DNA of 62,972 nucleotides, counting the filler, from Octopus bimaculoides (lineage: Eukaryota), in assembly GCF_001194135.2 (NCBI RefSeq). It is 4 parts of 4 records of this genome, joined end to end, with 100 filler letters (N's around TTAATTAATTAA, not from the genome) between each part and the next. Parts side by side here need not be neighbours in the genome. Positions count along the whole stretch, not along the records: positions 27,660 to 42,228 come from NC_068989.1; positions 42,329 to 52,215 come from NC_068997.1; 2 more parts are not named here. The stretch is one strand, 5' to 3'. Made by a program: the position numbers and the translations under genes. Below the pieces are notes generated by a model. It did no database searches. It saw only the letters and a program-made list of their open reading frames with translations, and was not told the DNA's origin. Of the stretch, positions 38,173-51,533 are shown piece by piece (within the stretch, counting starts at the first letter, position 1; the number at the start of each line of letters is the position of its first letter).

Positions 38173-38314
38173 GTAAGTAAAATAAAATAATTTTTTTTCA
38201 TATTTTCTGTTGGAAACTTTAAAGATCATTCAATCATATTTTTAAAAATTTTCAATTAATTCATTACTTAGTGAATCGTTACTTAGATCTTAACACTTTG
38301 AGCTAATGGTATCC

Positions 38315-38704
38315 TTAACCCTTTTCAGACTAATCTGCCTGAGACCATCCTTGGTTCTATGCTATAAACTTATTTTTTTAAAGTGGTCCAAATTAAAATT
38401 TTTCATCAAAATTTCATGTTAATTTATGTTCCAACTCCACTTTAATTAGTAATGACAGTTATTTAACTAAATTCTCCATTATTTTCAAAATTAATTGAAA
38501 CAAAAGTAGTGTATTTTAACAGAAATATGATAACAAAAGTGTTAAAGTGATCTAAATTAACATCTTTCATCAAAATTTCATGTTAATCTATTTCTAAACA
38601 CCAGCTTAATAATGAGTTATTTTTCTAAATTCTTCCTTATTTAAAAAAATTAAATTGAAACAAAAGCTGTTATTTCAGCAGAAATATGGTAACAAAGGAG
38701 TTAA
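38315..38704. mobile_element. piggyBac-type MITE (TTAA-CCCTTT...AAA(A/G)G(T/A)G-TTAA) with tandem duplication of its right part
   Basis: TTAA at 38315-18 followed by CCCTTTT; ends aaaagtgTTAA (38545) and again aaaggagTTAA (38704). 38546-38704 repeats about 38385-38545. Lies in the ADAMTS intron. Confidence 0.65.
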
Positions 38705-39620
38705 AGCCTGTTTTGTCATTGTTCAGAATCTCTTTTGTAATAGATAACTACAATTTTCCAATGAAGATTACTTATACCCATTAAATATTTTAACTGATTT
38801 TGCTCCTCAGAACTTGCTTCCTATATTTCACTTTCCTTGAACTAACCTGTTACACTACTCTACTTTTATGTTTACCATATATAATTTGTCTCTCTCCTAA
38901 GATCTAAAATATGGCATTCCTAACCGAGAGAACTGTTCCATCCCACTTTTCTAATATCCTCACACAATATCTACATCTAGATCAATATATCAGAGTAGAT
39001 ATCTCTTCTCTGCCCTAAATAAATAAATAAATAAATAAATTCTTAGTTGGTACCTATATTCCTAAAAGATAGTTTTTTTTATTTAGGGCAGTGAGAATAA
39101 TGTACTCTGCTCAGAAACACAACAAAATGCCTGTAGTGGATTTGTACTCAAACCAAAGTTCACATAGTCATGGACCTTATCCACTCAGCCATCTAAGGTA
39201 TAATATCTACTCTGTGATGCATCTTCCCTAGTATTTAGTACGAAAGAAACCAATGTTAATTGGGTGGTGTTTTACTTTCTGAGTTCAAATCTTTTGGTGG
39301 GGTTTACCTTTCATTTTCCCCCTCAAGATCGTAGTAATATACTTGGATGAAATCAATCAGTTATATTTTTCTATACAATTTGGACCTAATTAAACTAATA
39401 TTGAATGGAAAGTTTATAGTGAGATGTAGATTCTCATTGTACAAAGTTTTGAATTTCCACAGTAATGCTTTCACAATACTTCACTCACTTTAATATTGCA
39501 ACTGAAAATGCATGAATGCTACAAACTCACCGTTGTTTATCTTTATCTATTTATTTTTTTGTACAAAACTTCTTGGTTTCATAACTGTATGATAATAACT
39601 ATTTTTCCTTCTTAATTCAG

Positions 39621-39771
39621 CAAGGTGTCTTTACAACAGCTGAAGATAACTATTTTGTGGAACCTTTGTGGAATCATACAAACGATGTGGAACGAGAAGG
39701 ATATCCTCATATTGTTTACAAGAAATCTGCCTTGAAACTTCCTGGTGGGGCAGCTCATTGTGGAGTGAAAG
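39621..39771 (+). CDS. ADAMTS6/10: ADAMTS6/10-like prodomain exon with cysteine switch, phase 0 in / phase 1 out
   Basis: Acceptor cttaattcAG (39619-20) and donor GTAGGG (39772). Reads QGVFTTAEDNYFVEPLWNHTNDVEREGYPHIVYKKSALKLPGGAAHCGVK, in frame with the previous exon. YFVEPL, HIVYKKS and HCGV are ADAMTS prodomain motifs. This exon is too short for the ORF track. Confidence 0.93.
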
Positions 39772-40520
39772 GTAGGGTCCTTAAGTTGTCATCTTTGTTA
39801 TCAACTGCAATCATAAAGCATATGTAAAACAACTCAAACAATGTGAGTTGACCACAACTGTGACACATTGAAAGTTTATTTCAACAGAGATTGAAGCACC
39901 TATATTCAATAATAGCTGATATAAATGCTGGTTGGTTGGTTGGTTGATTTCTTCAGCCCTGTTTTACATCATACAGAGAGAAGGTGCAGAAGTGTACGTG
40001 AGAGATACTGGTAGAGTTAACATAAGAGGTGCAAGATGAGTGTCTTACAACTTTATGAAAAATACACATTTTTTTGCATGAAATTTTGCAGTGATAGATT
40101 ATTGTTGAAGTAGATTGTGATTATGCTGATAAAATCTAGAAAAATAACAGCATATATTTATTGCAACTATGCAAATGAGAAATTTGTTTTGTTTAATTTT
40201 ATTTTAAGATAATAAATATTTTTACAAGGGTAGAAGAACATCGCAAAGCTGTGACACGAGGAGATATCGATAAATCGGGTATAGCTGATCATGTATGGAA
40301 AAATGGAAACCACCTCCCCCTGTGGGATGAAGTTAAAATAATAGACAGGGAACAACACTGGAAAATACGAAAACTAAAAGAAGCAGCACATATGCTAGGA
40401 CACAACAACCTCCTAAGCAGACCGAGTGCAGATATGAATAGCATATGGGAACCGGTATTGAGGAAGGATAGAAAAATAATAGATTTATAAGCCTTAAAAT
40501 TCACCCCATAATTGCCCACG

Positions 40521-40594
40521 GGCATATGGCGTAGTGGTTAAGAGCGCGGGCTACTAACCCCAAGGTTCCGAATTCGATTCACGGCAGCGACCTG
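40521..40594 (+). other. tRNA-derived Pol III promoter head (not a functional tRNA)
   Basis: A box TGGCGTAGTGG (40527-37), B-box-like aTTCGATTC (40572-80), anticodon-like arm with loop CTACTAA, no pairing acceptor stem; followed by (AAT)n. Confidence 0.75.
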
Positions 40595-40674
40595 ATTAAT
40601 AATAATAATAATAATATAATAATAATAATAGTAACATCGATAGGAATGAGAACCCAGGTTCGAAATTTCCCCAA

Positions 40675-40720
40675 GACACCTGACGAAGGCTGGAGGGTAT
40701 ATCAGCCAAAACATTGTGTT
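40675..40720 (+). ncRNA. Degenerate minimal hammerhead ribozyme (Penelope type)
   Basis: GACAC-CTGACGA-A-GGCTG(loop)CAGCC-aAAA-CaTT-GTGTT. Helices I and II pair. Two G>A changes relative to GAAA-CGTT both lie in CpG context. Confidence 0.65.
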
Positions 40721-40881
40721 AACAACAAACAAGATGAGGACGAATATCCGTCAAATGTAAATAATGTAAATAATTCCTCATCTCTTAAATATTGAACTGT
40801 ATAAATATTTTTATTTTGAAAATTAATATTCATTTCATCATTTTGTATAAACACCAAGTAGTTTGATATAAGTAAATTATA

Positions 40882-42124
40882 CAAGGTCTTGCAGATAAAT
40901 TGAAACGATTTTTATAATGCATAACCTGGTTATAAATACTAAAATAATGGTAGTTATACTTATTACAACAAAAACATTTATCACTCAATATGACCACCCT
41001 TTTAGGCAATTACTGCCTCCACATGAGAACAAAATTTTTTTGCTGCTACTGCAACCTCTGCCTTTTTGATTTTGCTTGTCACATGCAGGATGCTGGTCTT
41101 CAAACTGTTGATATTCAAGTGTGGTGAAACATTGGTCCTTGCTTGAAGTATGCCCATAAAAAGTAATTGAGAAGGTTGAGATCTGGGCTATTACTGGACC
41201 AGATGCTGGCCATCACAAAAAATGGCACCAAGGAAGGCTTGTATTGCTTTTGACCCATGACATGGTGCAGAATCCTGGATAAGCACTACATTGTCAAGCC
41301 GAAACTTCTGCTCCATCCAAGGTAACAAAGAGTTTTTCAGGATGTCCAGATATTTCTTTGTGCAAATCTTCAAGCCAGACTCAATGAAGTGTGGATCCAT
41401 GACACTTCCATCACTTGCCATGGCTCCAAATACCATTACAGAGGCAGGATTCTTAGTCTCAAACACAGGGTGAATGTCAGAAGGGTTCACTTGGAGAATT
41501 TCTGAAATTCACCTCAGTGACCACAGTGAAATTCTCATCCACAAATATGAGAATTTTTCCTGCATCTTGGTGCTTGATGAATGACAGAAGCTTTGGACAT
41601 CTCTTGGCTCTGATTGCTTTGGCCTTGGGTGTTAAGAGGTGACAGCATTGTCAAACATAGCTAGTCATGCTGAGGTTCCTGCTCACAATTCTGGACACTG
41701 TGGAAAGGGACACATTGTATTTCTTTGCTAGAGTTGTCATGGGTGTGAATGGATTGGCTTCGGTCGAGTGTTTGAGGATAGCAAGAAACTTTCGATTGCA
41801 CTTGGACTCACTTTGAGTCTTGTGTTCTTTTCTATCAGTTTTTCCCTCTTTTTCAAATTGTTTATACAGACGATAAACTGTTGCTTTTGGAAGTTTCATC
41901 AACTTAACAATTTTATTGGCAGTATACCCAGTGTGTGCCACATCAACAATGGCGGAACGATTCTGTTGTTCCATGACTTTCTGCTCTTGAATCAGTTCCT
42001 TATTTACCTAAAAATAAAGAGGAGGATTAGATTTTTAAACAAGCAAAGTTTTATCAAAAAATGAAATGTGAAACCCACTAAGTCAACTGCTTAAAATTGG
42101 TCTCACTTTATCTACACGACCCTT
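40882..42124 (-). mobile_element. Tc1/mariner transposon, DD37D (maT)-like, decayed
   Basis: TIRs CAAGGTCTTGCAGATAAATTG (40882) and reverse of CTCACTTTATCTACACGACCCT (about 42102-42123), TA-flanked. Transposase MEQQNRSAIV...KNPASVMVFGAMASDG...QDSAPCHGSK...SPDLNLLNY. Confidence 0.88.
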
Positions 42125-42228
42125 AATTATTGGTTGTATGTCATTCTGATATTACCTATGATGGCAAAAGTATTCTCCCAAAGTTACCTGTCATATGGTG
42201 GGTAACACTCTAGTATATATATATATAT

Positions 42229-42328
42229 NNNNNNNNNNNNNNNNNNNNNNNNNNNNNNNNNNNNNNNNNNNNTTAATTAATTAANNNNNNNNNNNNNNNN
42301 NNNNNNNNNNNNNNNNNNNNNNNNNNNN
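42229..42328. other. Artificial 100-bp scaffold linker
   Basis: 44 N + TTAATTAATTAA (42273-84) + 44 N. Confidence 0.95.
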
Positions 42329-42730
42329 CCACCACCACCATCTCTATCACCACTACCACTATCTTCATCACCATCACCACCAACATCACCACTACTGCCA
42401 CCACCAACACTGCCGCCACCGCCACCACCACCACCACCGCCACTACAGCCACCATGATCATGGCTATGAAAGCAACCCCTTCTACTGCCACCACCAGAGC
42501 TGCTCCCACCTCATCTGCCACTAAACCCAACAACCACACCAATACTACCACCACCATCAACACCCCATCCCCCTCGACCACCACCACAACCGACGACAAC
42601 GCCCACCACCACCATCACTCTTAACCAATTCCTATATTACCGCCACTTCCAAAACTACTACGACAACCACAACTGTCACTGCCACCACCACAACCACCAC
42701 TATCACCACCACCACCACCACCACCACTCA
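42329..42730. repeat. Degenerate (CAC/ACC)n triplet tract
   Basis: Direct. Confidence 0.9.
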
Positions 42731-43368
42731 CATCTGTTGCAGCAACTTGACTTGCTAATGTGCATATTTGTTGCAAATACATTTGCGGACTTTTAATCAC
42801 TGCACATAGGAATGCCATGCGTATGTATATGTAGGGGTCTTGTGACAGTAAGCATATATGCTTCTATGTGTTTGCATGTGTTCCTCTCTATGTATATGTA
42901 TGTATGTATGTCTGTATCTATGTCTGTATGTATGTATGTGTGTATATATATATATATGTTTATGTGTAGGTCGTCAGGTATGTATGTAGATATGTGTGTA
43001 TGTTTGTATGTTTGTGTGTGAGTGTGTGTATGATCATATGCATATGTGTTTTGTTCTTGTTGTTTAGCCCCTGGTCAGCACTGTCTGAGTAGACTCGTTA
43101 TCAAAAGTAGTCCAAATGTGGCCATCCCTTCATTTCTTTTATGGAAGCACTGAACCCAGAGCGACATAATAACCCTTTCTAGTTTGTCACTTTCGGAAAT
43201 AGTAGACTGTGATTTGAGGAGATTTGGCTGTTATTTCTAAGAGGACGGTTGTGCTGTTGTTTGTGTATGGTTAGGTGTATGAGTACATACATGCTGGTCA
43301 GTATATAGTCAGACAAGTTCATGTATATATATATATACATACGTGTGTATGTTGATACACACACACAC

Positions 43369-43427
<59 letters not shown>

Positions 43428-44763
43428 TACATATATATNNNNNNNNNNNNNNNNNNNNNNNNNNNNNNNNNNNNNNNNNNNNNNNNNNNNNNNNNNNNNN
43501 NNNNNNNNNNNNNNNNNNNNNNNNNNNNNNNNNNNNNNNNNNNNNNNNNNNNNNNNNNNNNNNNNNNNNNNNNNNNNNNNNNNNNNNNNNNNNNNNNNNN
43601 NNNNNNNNNNNNNNNNNNNNNNNNNNNNNNNNNNNNNNNNNNNNNNNNNNNNNNNNNNNNNNNNNNNNNNNNNNNNNNNNNNNNNNNNNNNNNNNNNNNN
43701 NNNNNNNNNNNNNNNNNNNNNNNNNNNNNNNNNNNNNNNNNNNNNNNNNNNNNNNNNNNNNNNNNNNNNNNNNNNNNNNNNNNNNNNNNNNNNNNNNNNN
43801 NNNNNNNNNNNNNNNNNNNNNNNNNNNNNNNNNNNNNNNNNNNNNNNNNNNNNNNNNNNNNNNNNNNNNNNNNNNNNNNNNNNNNNNNNNNNNNNNNNNN
43901 NNNNNNNNNNNNNNNNNNNNNNNNNNNNNNNNNNNNNNNNNNNNNNNNNNNNNNNNNNNNNNNNNNNNNNNNNNNNNNNNNNNNNNNNNNNNNNNNNNNN
44001 NNNNNNNNNNNNNNNNNNNNNNNNNNNNNNNNNNNNNNNNNNNNNNNNNNNNNNNNNNNNNNNNNNNNNNNNNNNNNNNNNNNNNNNNNNNNNNNNNNNN
44101 NNNNNNNNNNNNNNNNNNNNNNNNNNNNNNNNNNNNNNNNNNNNNNNNNNNNNNNNNNNNNNNNNNNNNNNNNNNNNNNNNNNNNNNNNNNNNNNNNNNN
44201 NNNNNNNNNNNNNNNNNNNNNNNNNNNNNNNNNNNNNNNNNNNNNNNNNNNNNNNNNNNNNNNNNNNNNNNNNNNNNATATATATATATATATATATATA
44301 GCTGTTTATACATGAGTTTGTCTACACATGTAATTGTGAATGTATAAGCATAGCCGTGTATGTATATCGGTTAACATTATATGCTCATGCATCTGTTTAT
44401 CTATGTGTATCCCTGCGTATGTATTTTGTGTGTGATTGTGTGATGATGCATGTATATGTGTTTGTGTTTCTATTAGAAACACACCAATAAAACTCATCTC
44501 AACATCATGGAGCCTAAAATATTTCCCTAATAAGTAATTAGTCACCTAATCTCAATAGAGACACACAGCTTCAGTGGATGATGTATGCGTAGCATCACTC
44601 CACCCCGCGCCAACCTCTTCTCCACTCCAACTGCACCCCCTCCGCCCACCCACCCACATCTCCAACTCATTGCTTACCTGGTCTGATAACACATCATAGC
44701 TCACTGTTGCAGTTTATATACATATCCACATGCACTTTACATATACAAACATATATGTATGTG

Positions 44764-44822
<59 letters not shown>

Positions 44823-46143
44823 ATACATATATATATATACATATACATGTATGTATATATATATATATATATANNNNNNNNNNNNNNNNNNNNNNNNNNN
44901 NNNNNNNNNNNNNNNNNNNNNNNNNNNNNNNNNNNNNNNNNNNNNNNNNNNNNNNNNNNNNNNNNNNNNNNNNNNNNNNNNNNNNNNNNNNNNNNNNNNN
45001 NNNNNNNNNNNNNNNNNNNNNNNNNNNNNNNNNNNNNNNNNNNNNNNNNNNNNNNNNNNNNNNNNNNNNNNNNNNNNNNNNNNNNNNNNNNNNNNNNNNN
45101 NNNNNNNNNNNNNNNNNNNNNNNNNNNNNNNNNNNNNNNNNNNNNNNNNNNNNNNNNNNNNNNNNNNNNNNNNNNNNNNNNNNNNNNNNNNNNNNNNNNN
45201 NNNNNNNNNNNNNNNNNNNNNNNNNNNNNNNNNNNNNNNNNNNNNNNNNNNNNNNNNNNNNNNNNNNNNNNNNNNNNNNNNNNNNNNNNNNNNNNNNNNN
45301 NNNNNNNNNNNNNNNNNNNNNNNNNNNNNNNNNNNNNNNNNNNNNNNNNNNNNNNNNNNNNNAGATAAAAAGATAGATAGAGATAGAGAGGGAGAGAGAG
45401 AGAGAGATAGGTAAAAATATAGACATATAGATAGATAGATAGATAGATAAAAAAGATAGATAGAGAGACAGAAACATGCTCATATACATACATAAAAAGA
45501 GAAACATAGTATTGAAAACACCTTGAAGAGAGAGGGCATATTTTTATAAAGGTGCATATTTATATCTGTGTAACTATCTATGCATATGTGTGCATGTGTG
45601 TGCATAAAGACAATATCAAACACATCCAGAGCAATAACCTTTTACTTACAACACATCAATGAACACTAATAGAACACATGCACAATATGTACGCATTAAT
45701 CACACACACATGCACACACACACACACACATACATACATACACCATATACTATGACAGCCCCTTCATTATCATCATTATCACAGTCATGATGATGATGAT
45801 CATCATCACCATCATCATCATCGCCATCATCATCGTTGTCGCCGTCACCATCAATGCCACCAGCATGCATGCCTCCTCGCACACGCTTCAGTCTGAGGCC
45901 TGAGGCTAAGTTTTTCTGCGCCTCTCAGGCAAAAACTTGGCCACTTGTCTAATTGCTCTGCTACACTGTTTACCGATTCCATTAAAGTGGAAATAATGGT
46001 TTATCAGTGAAAATCAAATATTTTCACCATTAACATAGGACACACACAATTACATATTAGCCAGACCCACACCTTCCCATACACACATATAAACTTTATA
46101 GACATGCATGTATATATGTATGTATATATAAACATATACATAC

Positions 46144-46202
<59 letters not shown>

Positions 46203-46955
46203 NNNNNNNNNNNNNNNNNNNNNNNNNNNNNNNNNNNNNNNNNNNNNNNNNNNNNNNNNNNNNNNNNNNNNNNNNNNNNNNNNNNNNNNNNNNNNNNNNN
46301 NNNNNNNNNNNNNNNNNNNNNNNNNNNNNNNNNNNNNNNNNNNNNNNNNNNNNNNNNNNNNNNNNNNNNNNNNNNNNNNNNNNNNNNNNNNNNNNNNNNN
46401 NNNNNNNNNNNNNNNNNNNNNNNNNNNNNNNNNNNNNNNNNNNNNNNNNNNNNNNNNNNNNNNNNNNNNNNNNNNNNNNNNNNNNNNNNNNNNNNNNNNN
46501 NNNNTGTGTGTTCATAAATACATACATACACATCTATGTCTTTCCCTATACATACTTATATATTAGAAGTGTGTGTATATGTGTGTGTGTGTGTGTGTAT
46601 GGCAAGTGTACTCACATGTTTGCAAACATGAATAGTTATTACGTTAAAACAGCAGACCAAGCAGAAACAATTTGGAGGAAAAGAGGGAGAAAGGGAAAGA
46701 GAACGAGAGAGAAAGAGCAAAAGAGAGAGAGAGAGAGAGAGAGAGAGCAGATGGGTGACAGAGAGGGATAAGAAAAAAGAGTGAAAGTAATAGAGGGTGT
46801 CAGTGAGAGGAAGAAAGAGAGATCAATGTAGAAGAGAGTGAATAATAAAGAGAATGAGGAGAATATTTATATAATGTTTACTTAACCGCAAATAGTGTAG
46901 AATGTGTACGTCAATGGATGTGTGAGTATGACACATGTGAGCACAAACACTTATA

Positions 46956-47010
<55 letters not shown>

Positions 47011-47044
47011 ATACATACATGTATATATTTGTATNNNNNNNNNN

Positions 47045-47075
<31 letters not shown>

Positions 47076-47379
47076 CATATGTGTGTGTGTATATATATAT
47101 GTACCTACATACATACATTCATACATAGAGAGGTAGATAGATAGATAGGTGTTTGTTATAATGTTCAGTTATAATTAAGACAATTTTACTTTATTCTAAA
47201 GGGTTAATCTACACTTTTGTTGCTTAAGAATGAATTATTCTTAAACAAGAATATTATTCTTTTTTACTCAAAGCACAAGGCCCAAAGTGTTTGGTGAGTG
47301 GGGGCAGTCGATTAGATCAACCCCAGTAAACAACTGATACTTAACTTATCGACCTCATAAGCACATATAAGCACACAGC

Positions 47380-47414
<35 letters not shown>

Positions 47415-48244
47415 CATCATCATCATCATCATCATCGTCTAACGTCCGCCTTCCATGCTAGCATGGGTTGGACGATTTGATTGAGGACTGGTGAAACCGG
47501 ATGGCAACACCAGGCTCCAATCTAATTTGGCAGAGTTTCTACAGCTGGATGCCCTTCCTAACACCAACCACTCAGAGAGTGTAGTGGGTGCTTTTACGTG
47601 TCATATATATAGTCCAAAAATGGCTAAGTTGACTGAAACTTCGAAGTCACTGTCAATAATATTGTTGTTTAGGACAGCGACCTGGCAGAAACGTTTGCAT
47701 GCCAGGTGAAATGCTTAGTAGTATTTCATCTGTCTTTATGTTCTGAGTTCAAATTCCACTGAGGTCAACTTTGCCTTTCATCCTTTCAGGGTCAATAAAT
47801 TAAGTACCAGTGGAGTGCTTACCAGCATTTTGTTAACCTTTACGTTCTAAGTTCAAACTAAGAATGTAAGCCAAAGACAATTTGCCTTTTATTCTTTTGG
47901 AGCCAATGAAATGTGAACCATTTCTGTACTGGGATCAATGCAATAAACTTACCCAAACCCCCAAAATTGGTAGCTTTTATTCCAAAAATTTGAAACCATT
48001 ATTGCTATTATTATTACTATTATCATTATTATTGTTGTTACTATCCTGCACGCATAAGCGAAAGCAAGGTATTGTGATCACTCATCTTTGTCTGTTTGTC
48101 TGTGTGTTTGCAAAATTACTGGAAAACGGCTGAATGGATTTTCACCAAATTTGGTAGAAATACTCATTGGGTGAGAGAGCCACAACGATGGAAATTTGGT
48201 CTGATTATCTTTAAACATACATAAATACATACATAGATAAGCGA

Positions 48245-48280
<36 letters not shown>

Positions 48281-48834
48281 TGCACGTGTGTGTCTGTATG
48301 GGGATGGATTCAAGGGTTTCATTTATTTAAAAACTTCTTTCTTAATTTCACTGGAGTATAAATACCTATAACAGTGAAACAATTCTCAAATTCTATGCAA
48401 TATTTTCTGTAATTATTTAATTTTGTTCACTTTCTTTTTCATATGAATCAACCCTCCTCTGCATGTGTATTGATCATGATGTACCTATGGGCATAGACAT
48501 GTGTGGATACATATATACATAAAAACATACATAGATATGCGACTGTGTGTGTGTGTGTGTGTGTGTACAGTGATGGATTCAAGGGTTTCGTTTATTTATG
48601 AGTTGATGTCTTAATTTCATCAGTGTATAAATTCCTGTAATGGTGATATTTAACAAAAAATAATTAATTCAGTTCAATTAAAAAGCATTGTTAAGCAACA
48701 CTTTGTAAGCCACACTATAGTTTGCAAACAAATTTATCTGCATGCAGAGTATGCATCTCCCCACCCCACCTCGATGCCTTTTTGCTTCCATTATCATCAT
48801 CATCATTGTTGTTGTTGTTGTTGTTGTTATTATC

Positions 48835-49040
48835 AAGGCAGTGAGCTGCCAGAATTATTAATACACTGGGCAAAATGCTTAGTGGCATTTCATATGTCCT
48901 TACGTTTTGAGTTCAGATTCCACCAAGGTCAACTTTGCCTTTCATCATTCTGGGCTTGATAAAATAAGTACCAGTTATGCACTGGGGTAAATGTAATCAA
49001 CCAGCCCCCTCCCACAAACATTTCGAGCTTTGTGTTTGTA
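48835..49040 (+). mobile_element. SINE family M, strongly CpG-decayed copy
   Basis: ggcagtgagctg...ttccaccaaggtcaactttgcc versus ggcggcgagctgg...ttccgccgaggtcgactttgcc in the 15.6-kb copy. Confidence 0.8.
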
Positions 49041-49059
49041 ATGTAAGGATTATTGCTAT

Positions 49060-49108
49060 TATTATCATCTACATTATCATCTCACCACCACCACCACCAT
49101 TATTATCA

Positions 49109-49151
<43 letters not shown>

Positions 49152-49166
49152 CATTATTATTATCAA

Positions 49167-49217
<51 letters not shown>

Positions 49218-49219
49218 CA

Positions 49220-49277
<58 letters not shown>

Positions 49278-49279
49278 CA

Positions 49280-49316
<37 letters not shown>

Positions 49317-49327
49317 CATCATCATCA

Positions 49328-49364
<37 letters not shown>

Positions 49365-49369
49365 CATCA

Positions 49370-49422
<53 letters not shown>
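49060..49422. repeat. Long (TAT)n triplet array interrupted by CAT blocks
   Basis: Direct; it generates the poly-L/Y/I ORFs. Confidence 0.97.
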
Positions 49423-49879
49423 TTGCTGTTTTTACTTCATTTTTCTTATTTCATGAGATTTTTTTATAATTCTCTCGAAAAACGTAATTTTAGTTTTTTG
49501 TTTTTTTTGCTTTTGCATTCATTTTACATTTCCTTTGTCTTTTAAAACTTATTACTTTCATTCCATTTATTAATTATTATTTTTTCTTTGTTTACTCATG
49601 CTTTCACATGCCTAGAAATACAGCTTTGTGCACCTCAGGTAAATGTGCGGCTTAGTCATGTTGTTTCCTTTTTTTATTTATGTTGCGCATATCACTAAGT
49701 CCTCGGGCATTGGTTACATATTTTTTTAATCATTTCCAAGATCATTATTCTTATACAGATTTTTCTGGAATTTTTTGTGTTTGTGTGATGTTTTTTTCTC
49801 TACAAATTTGGTTATTACTGCTTTCAGATATTTTTACTTTAATGATTTCTCCATTTCTTTTGCATGTGCTTGACAATAC

Positions 49880-50285
49880 TCAACAGTCTAAGTGAAATCG
49901 TAGTCATGGACAGTGTTGGGCACCATACAGAAAAGGCACTTGTGATGGTGGCACATAAAAGGCACCTGTGACAGTGACATGTAAAAGGCACCCATGATGG
50001 TGACACATAAAAGGCACCTGTGCCGGACACATGTAAAAGACACCTGCTACACTCTTGGAGTGTTTGGCATGAGTAAAGGCATCCAGCCATAAAAACAAAA
50101 CCAAAATCAGGCTGGAGCATGGGACAACTCACCGGTAGACACTAAAAAATGGCTAGCATTAGAAAAGGCATCCAGCAGTAAAAACCATGCCATCTCAAAC
50201 AATGGAGCATGATGCACTTCTTGGACCCCTGTCAACTGTCCAACCCATGCTAGCATGGAACATTGATGCTAAATAATGATGATGA
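49880..50285 (+). mobile_element. SINE with about 26-bp internal tandem repeats and RTE-like tail ending (GAT)n
   Basis: AAAAGGCAC(C/T)(T/C)(G/A)TG units about 5 times (49930-50050), aaggcatccagc..taaaaac twice, tail ccaacccatgctagcatggaa...gatgatg. Reverse copies at 47412-47600 and 52124-52175. Confidence 0.72.
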
Positions 50286-50334
50286 ATAAACAAAGACCCA
50301 TCCCATATAGCAGAAGCGTTAAGGTCTCTCCTTA

Positions 50335-50381
<47 letters not shown>

Positions 50382-50453
50382 ATATTATATTTATATATAT
50401 ATGTATGTGTATGTATATAGATATGTATGCGTATTTATATGTATATATGTAAC

Positions 50454-50499
<46 letters not shown>

Positions 50500-50509
50500 N
50501 NNNNNNNNN

Positions 50510-50542
<33 letters not shown>

Positions 50543-50600
50543 CATATATTTATATATATGTACACACACACACACACACACTCACACATACATATGTTAT

Positions 50601-50637
<37 letters not shown>

Positions 50638-51475
50638 AACATATCCACAAAAGAGCAAACACACATTGGTTTCATTAATTCATTAGAATCTTCGATGATT
50701 CGCATACTTTGGGGCTTCTTCTACTAATTGAAATGCGTTCCATTCCAAGAGAAGACTTGGTGCTGAACACTATCCATCTTGCACTAGATCATAAACCGAT
50801 GAGAAGAAATTCAGCATTAATTAGGATAAATTAAGATTAATCAGGAGCAGGTTCAGGAAGAAGACTCTCACACCCACAATGAACTCTATCTTTACCAATC
50901 ATCTGACCATCTATGTCTGCTTGGACATCTGCTTATACTCATATATGTCAACCTAATCATGTTACTATTATAATCACTCCATTTACTGGTCTGTTGTTAT
51001 TGTATTGTGCGTTAGCCTCCATTATTGCTTTCACTTTATAATGTATATATGTGTTAGTGTGTCATATTACTTTCACATTATAATGTATGTACATGTTATT
51101 GCCTGACTACTTTCACTTTACAATGTATTATTTATGTATTAAGTATTAGTCTGTATTATCACTTTCACTTTCTAATACATATGTGTGTTAGATTCTCTTA
51201 ATATTTTCACGTTATAATGTTGCATTGAGTGTTATTCAATGTTATTATTTTCTCCTTATATCGTTGTACATGTGTGTTATTGCATTATACGTTAGTCTCT
51301 TTTATTGTTATCACATTATAATGTAATGAATATATATATTATTGTACAGAGTATTAGTTAGTCTATCTTATTATTTCCGCATTATAATATTGTATTGTGT
51401 TGCGCTGGTCCTCTCTCATTATTGTCACTTTCTAATATTGTATTGAATGTCTATGAAAAGATATATATGTATATA

Positions 51476-51533
<58 letters not shown>

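Larger units (their letters stand above)
40224..40805 (+). mobile_element. Penelope-like element 3' end (GIY-YIG C-terminus, tRNA-like head, (AAT)n, hammerhead-like tail)
   Basis: RVEEHRKAVTRGDIDKSGIADHVWKNGNHLPLWDEVKIIDREQHWKIRKLKEAAHM is typical of the PLE GIY-YIG C-terminal half. Confidence 0.82.

Noticed and set aside
40521-40594. Possible tRNA-Ser(ACT) gene
   Set aside because: No pairing acceptor stem, mutated B box, an anticodon not normally used by eukaryotic tRNA-Ser genes, and it is embedded in a retroelement tail.
44660-44712. Strong minus-strand donor CAG|GTAAGC near 44690 suggesting a micro-exon
   Set aside because: Isolated site next to microsatellites, with no supporting reading frame or partner exon.
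50690-50950. Complex-looking unique segment as a further ADAMTS exon
   Set aside because: No frame on either strand gives metalloprotease, disintegrin or TSP1 motifs, and stops occur in all frames.
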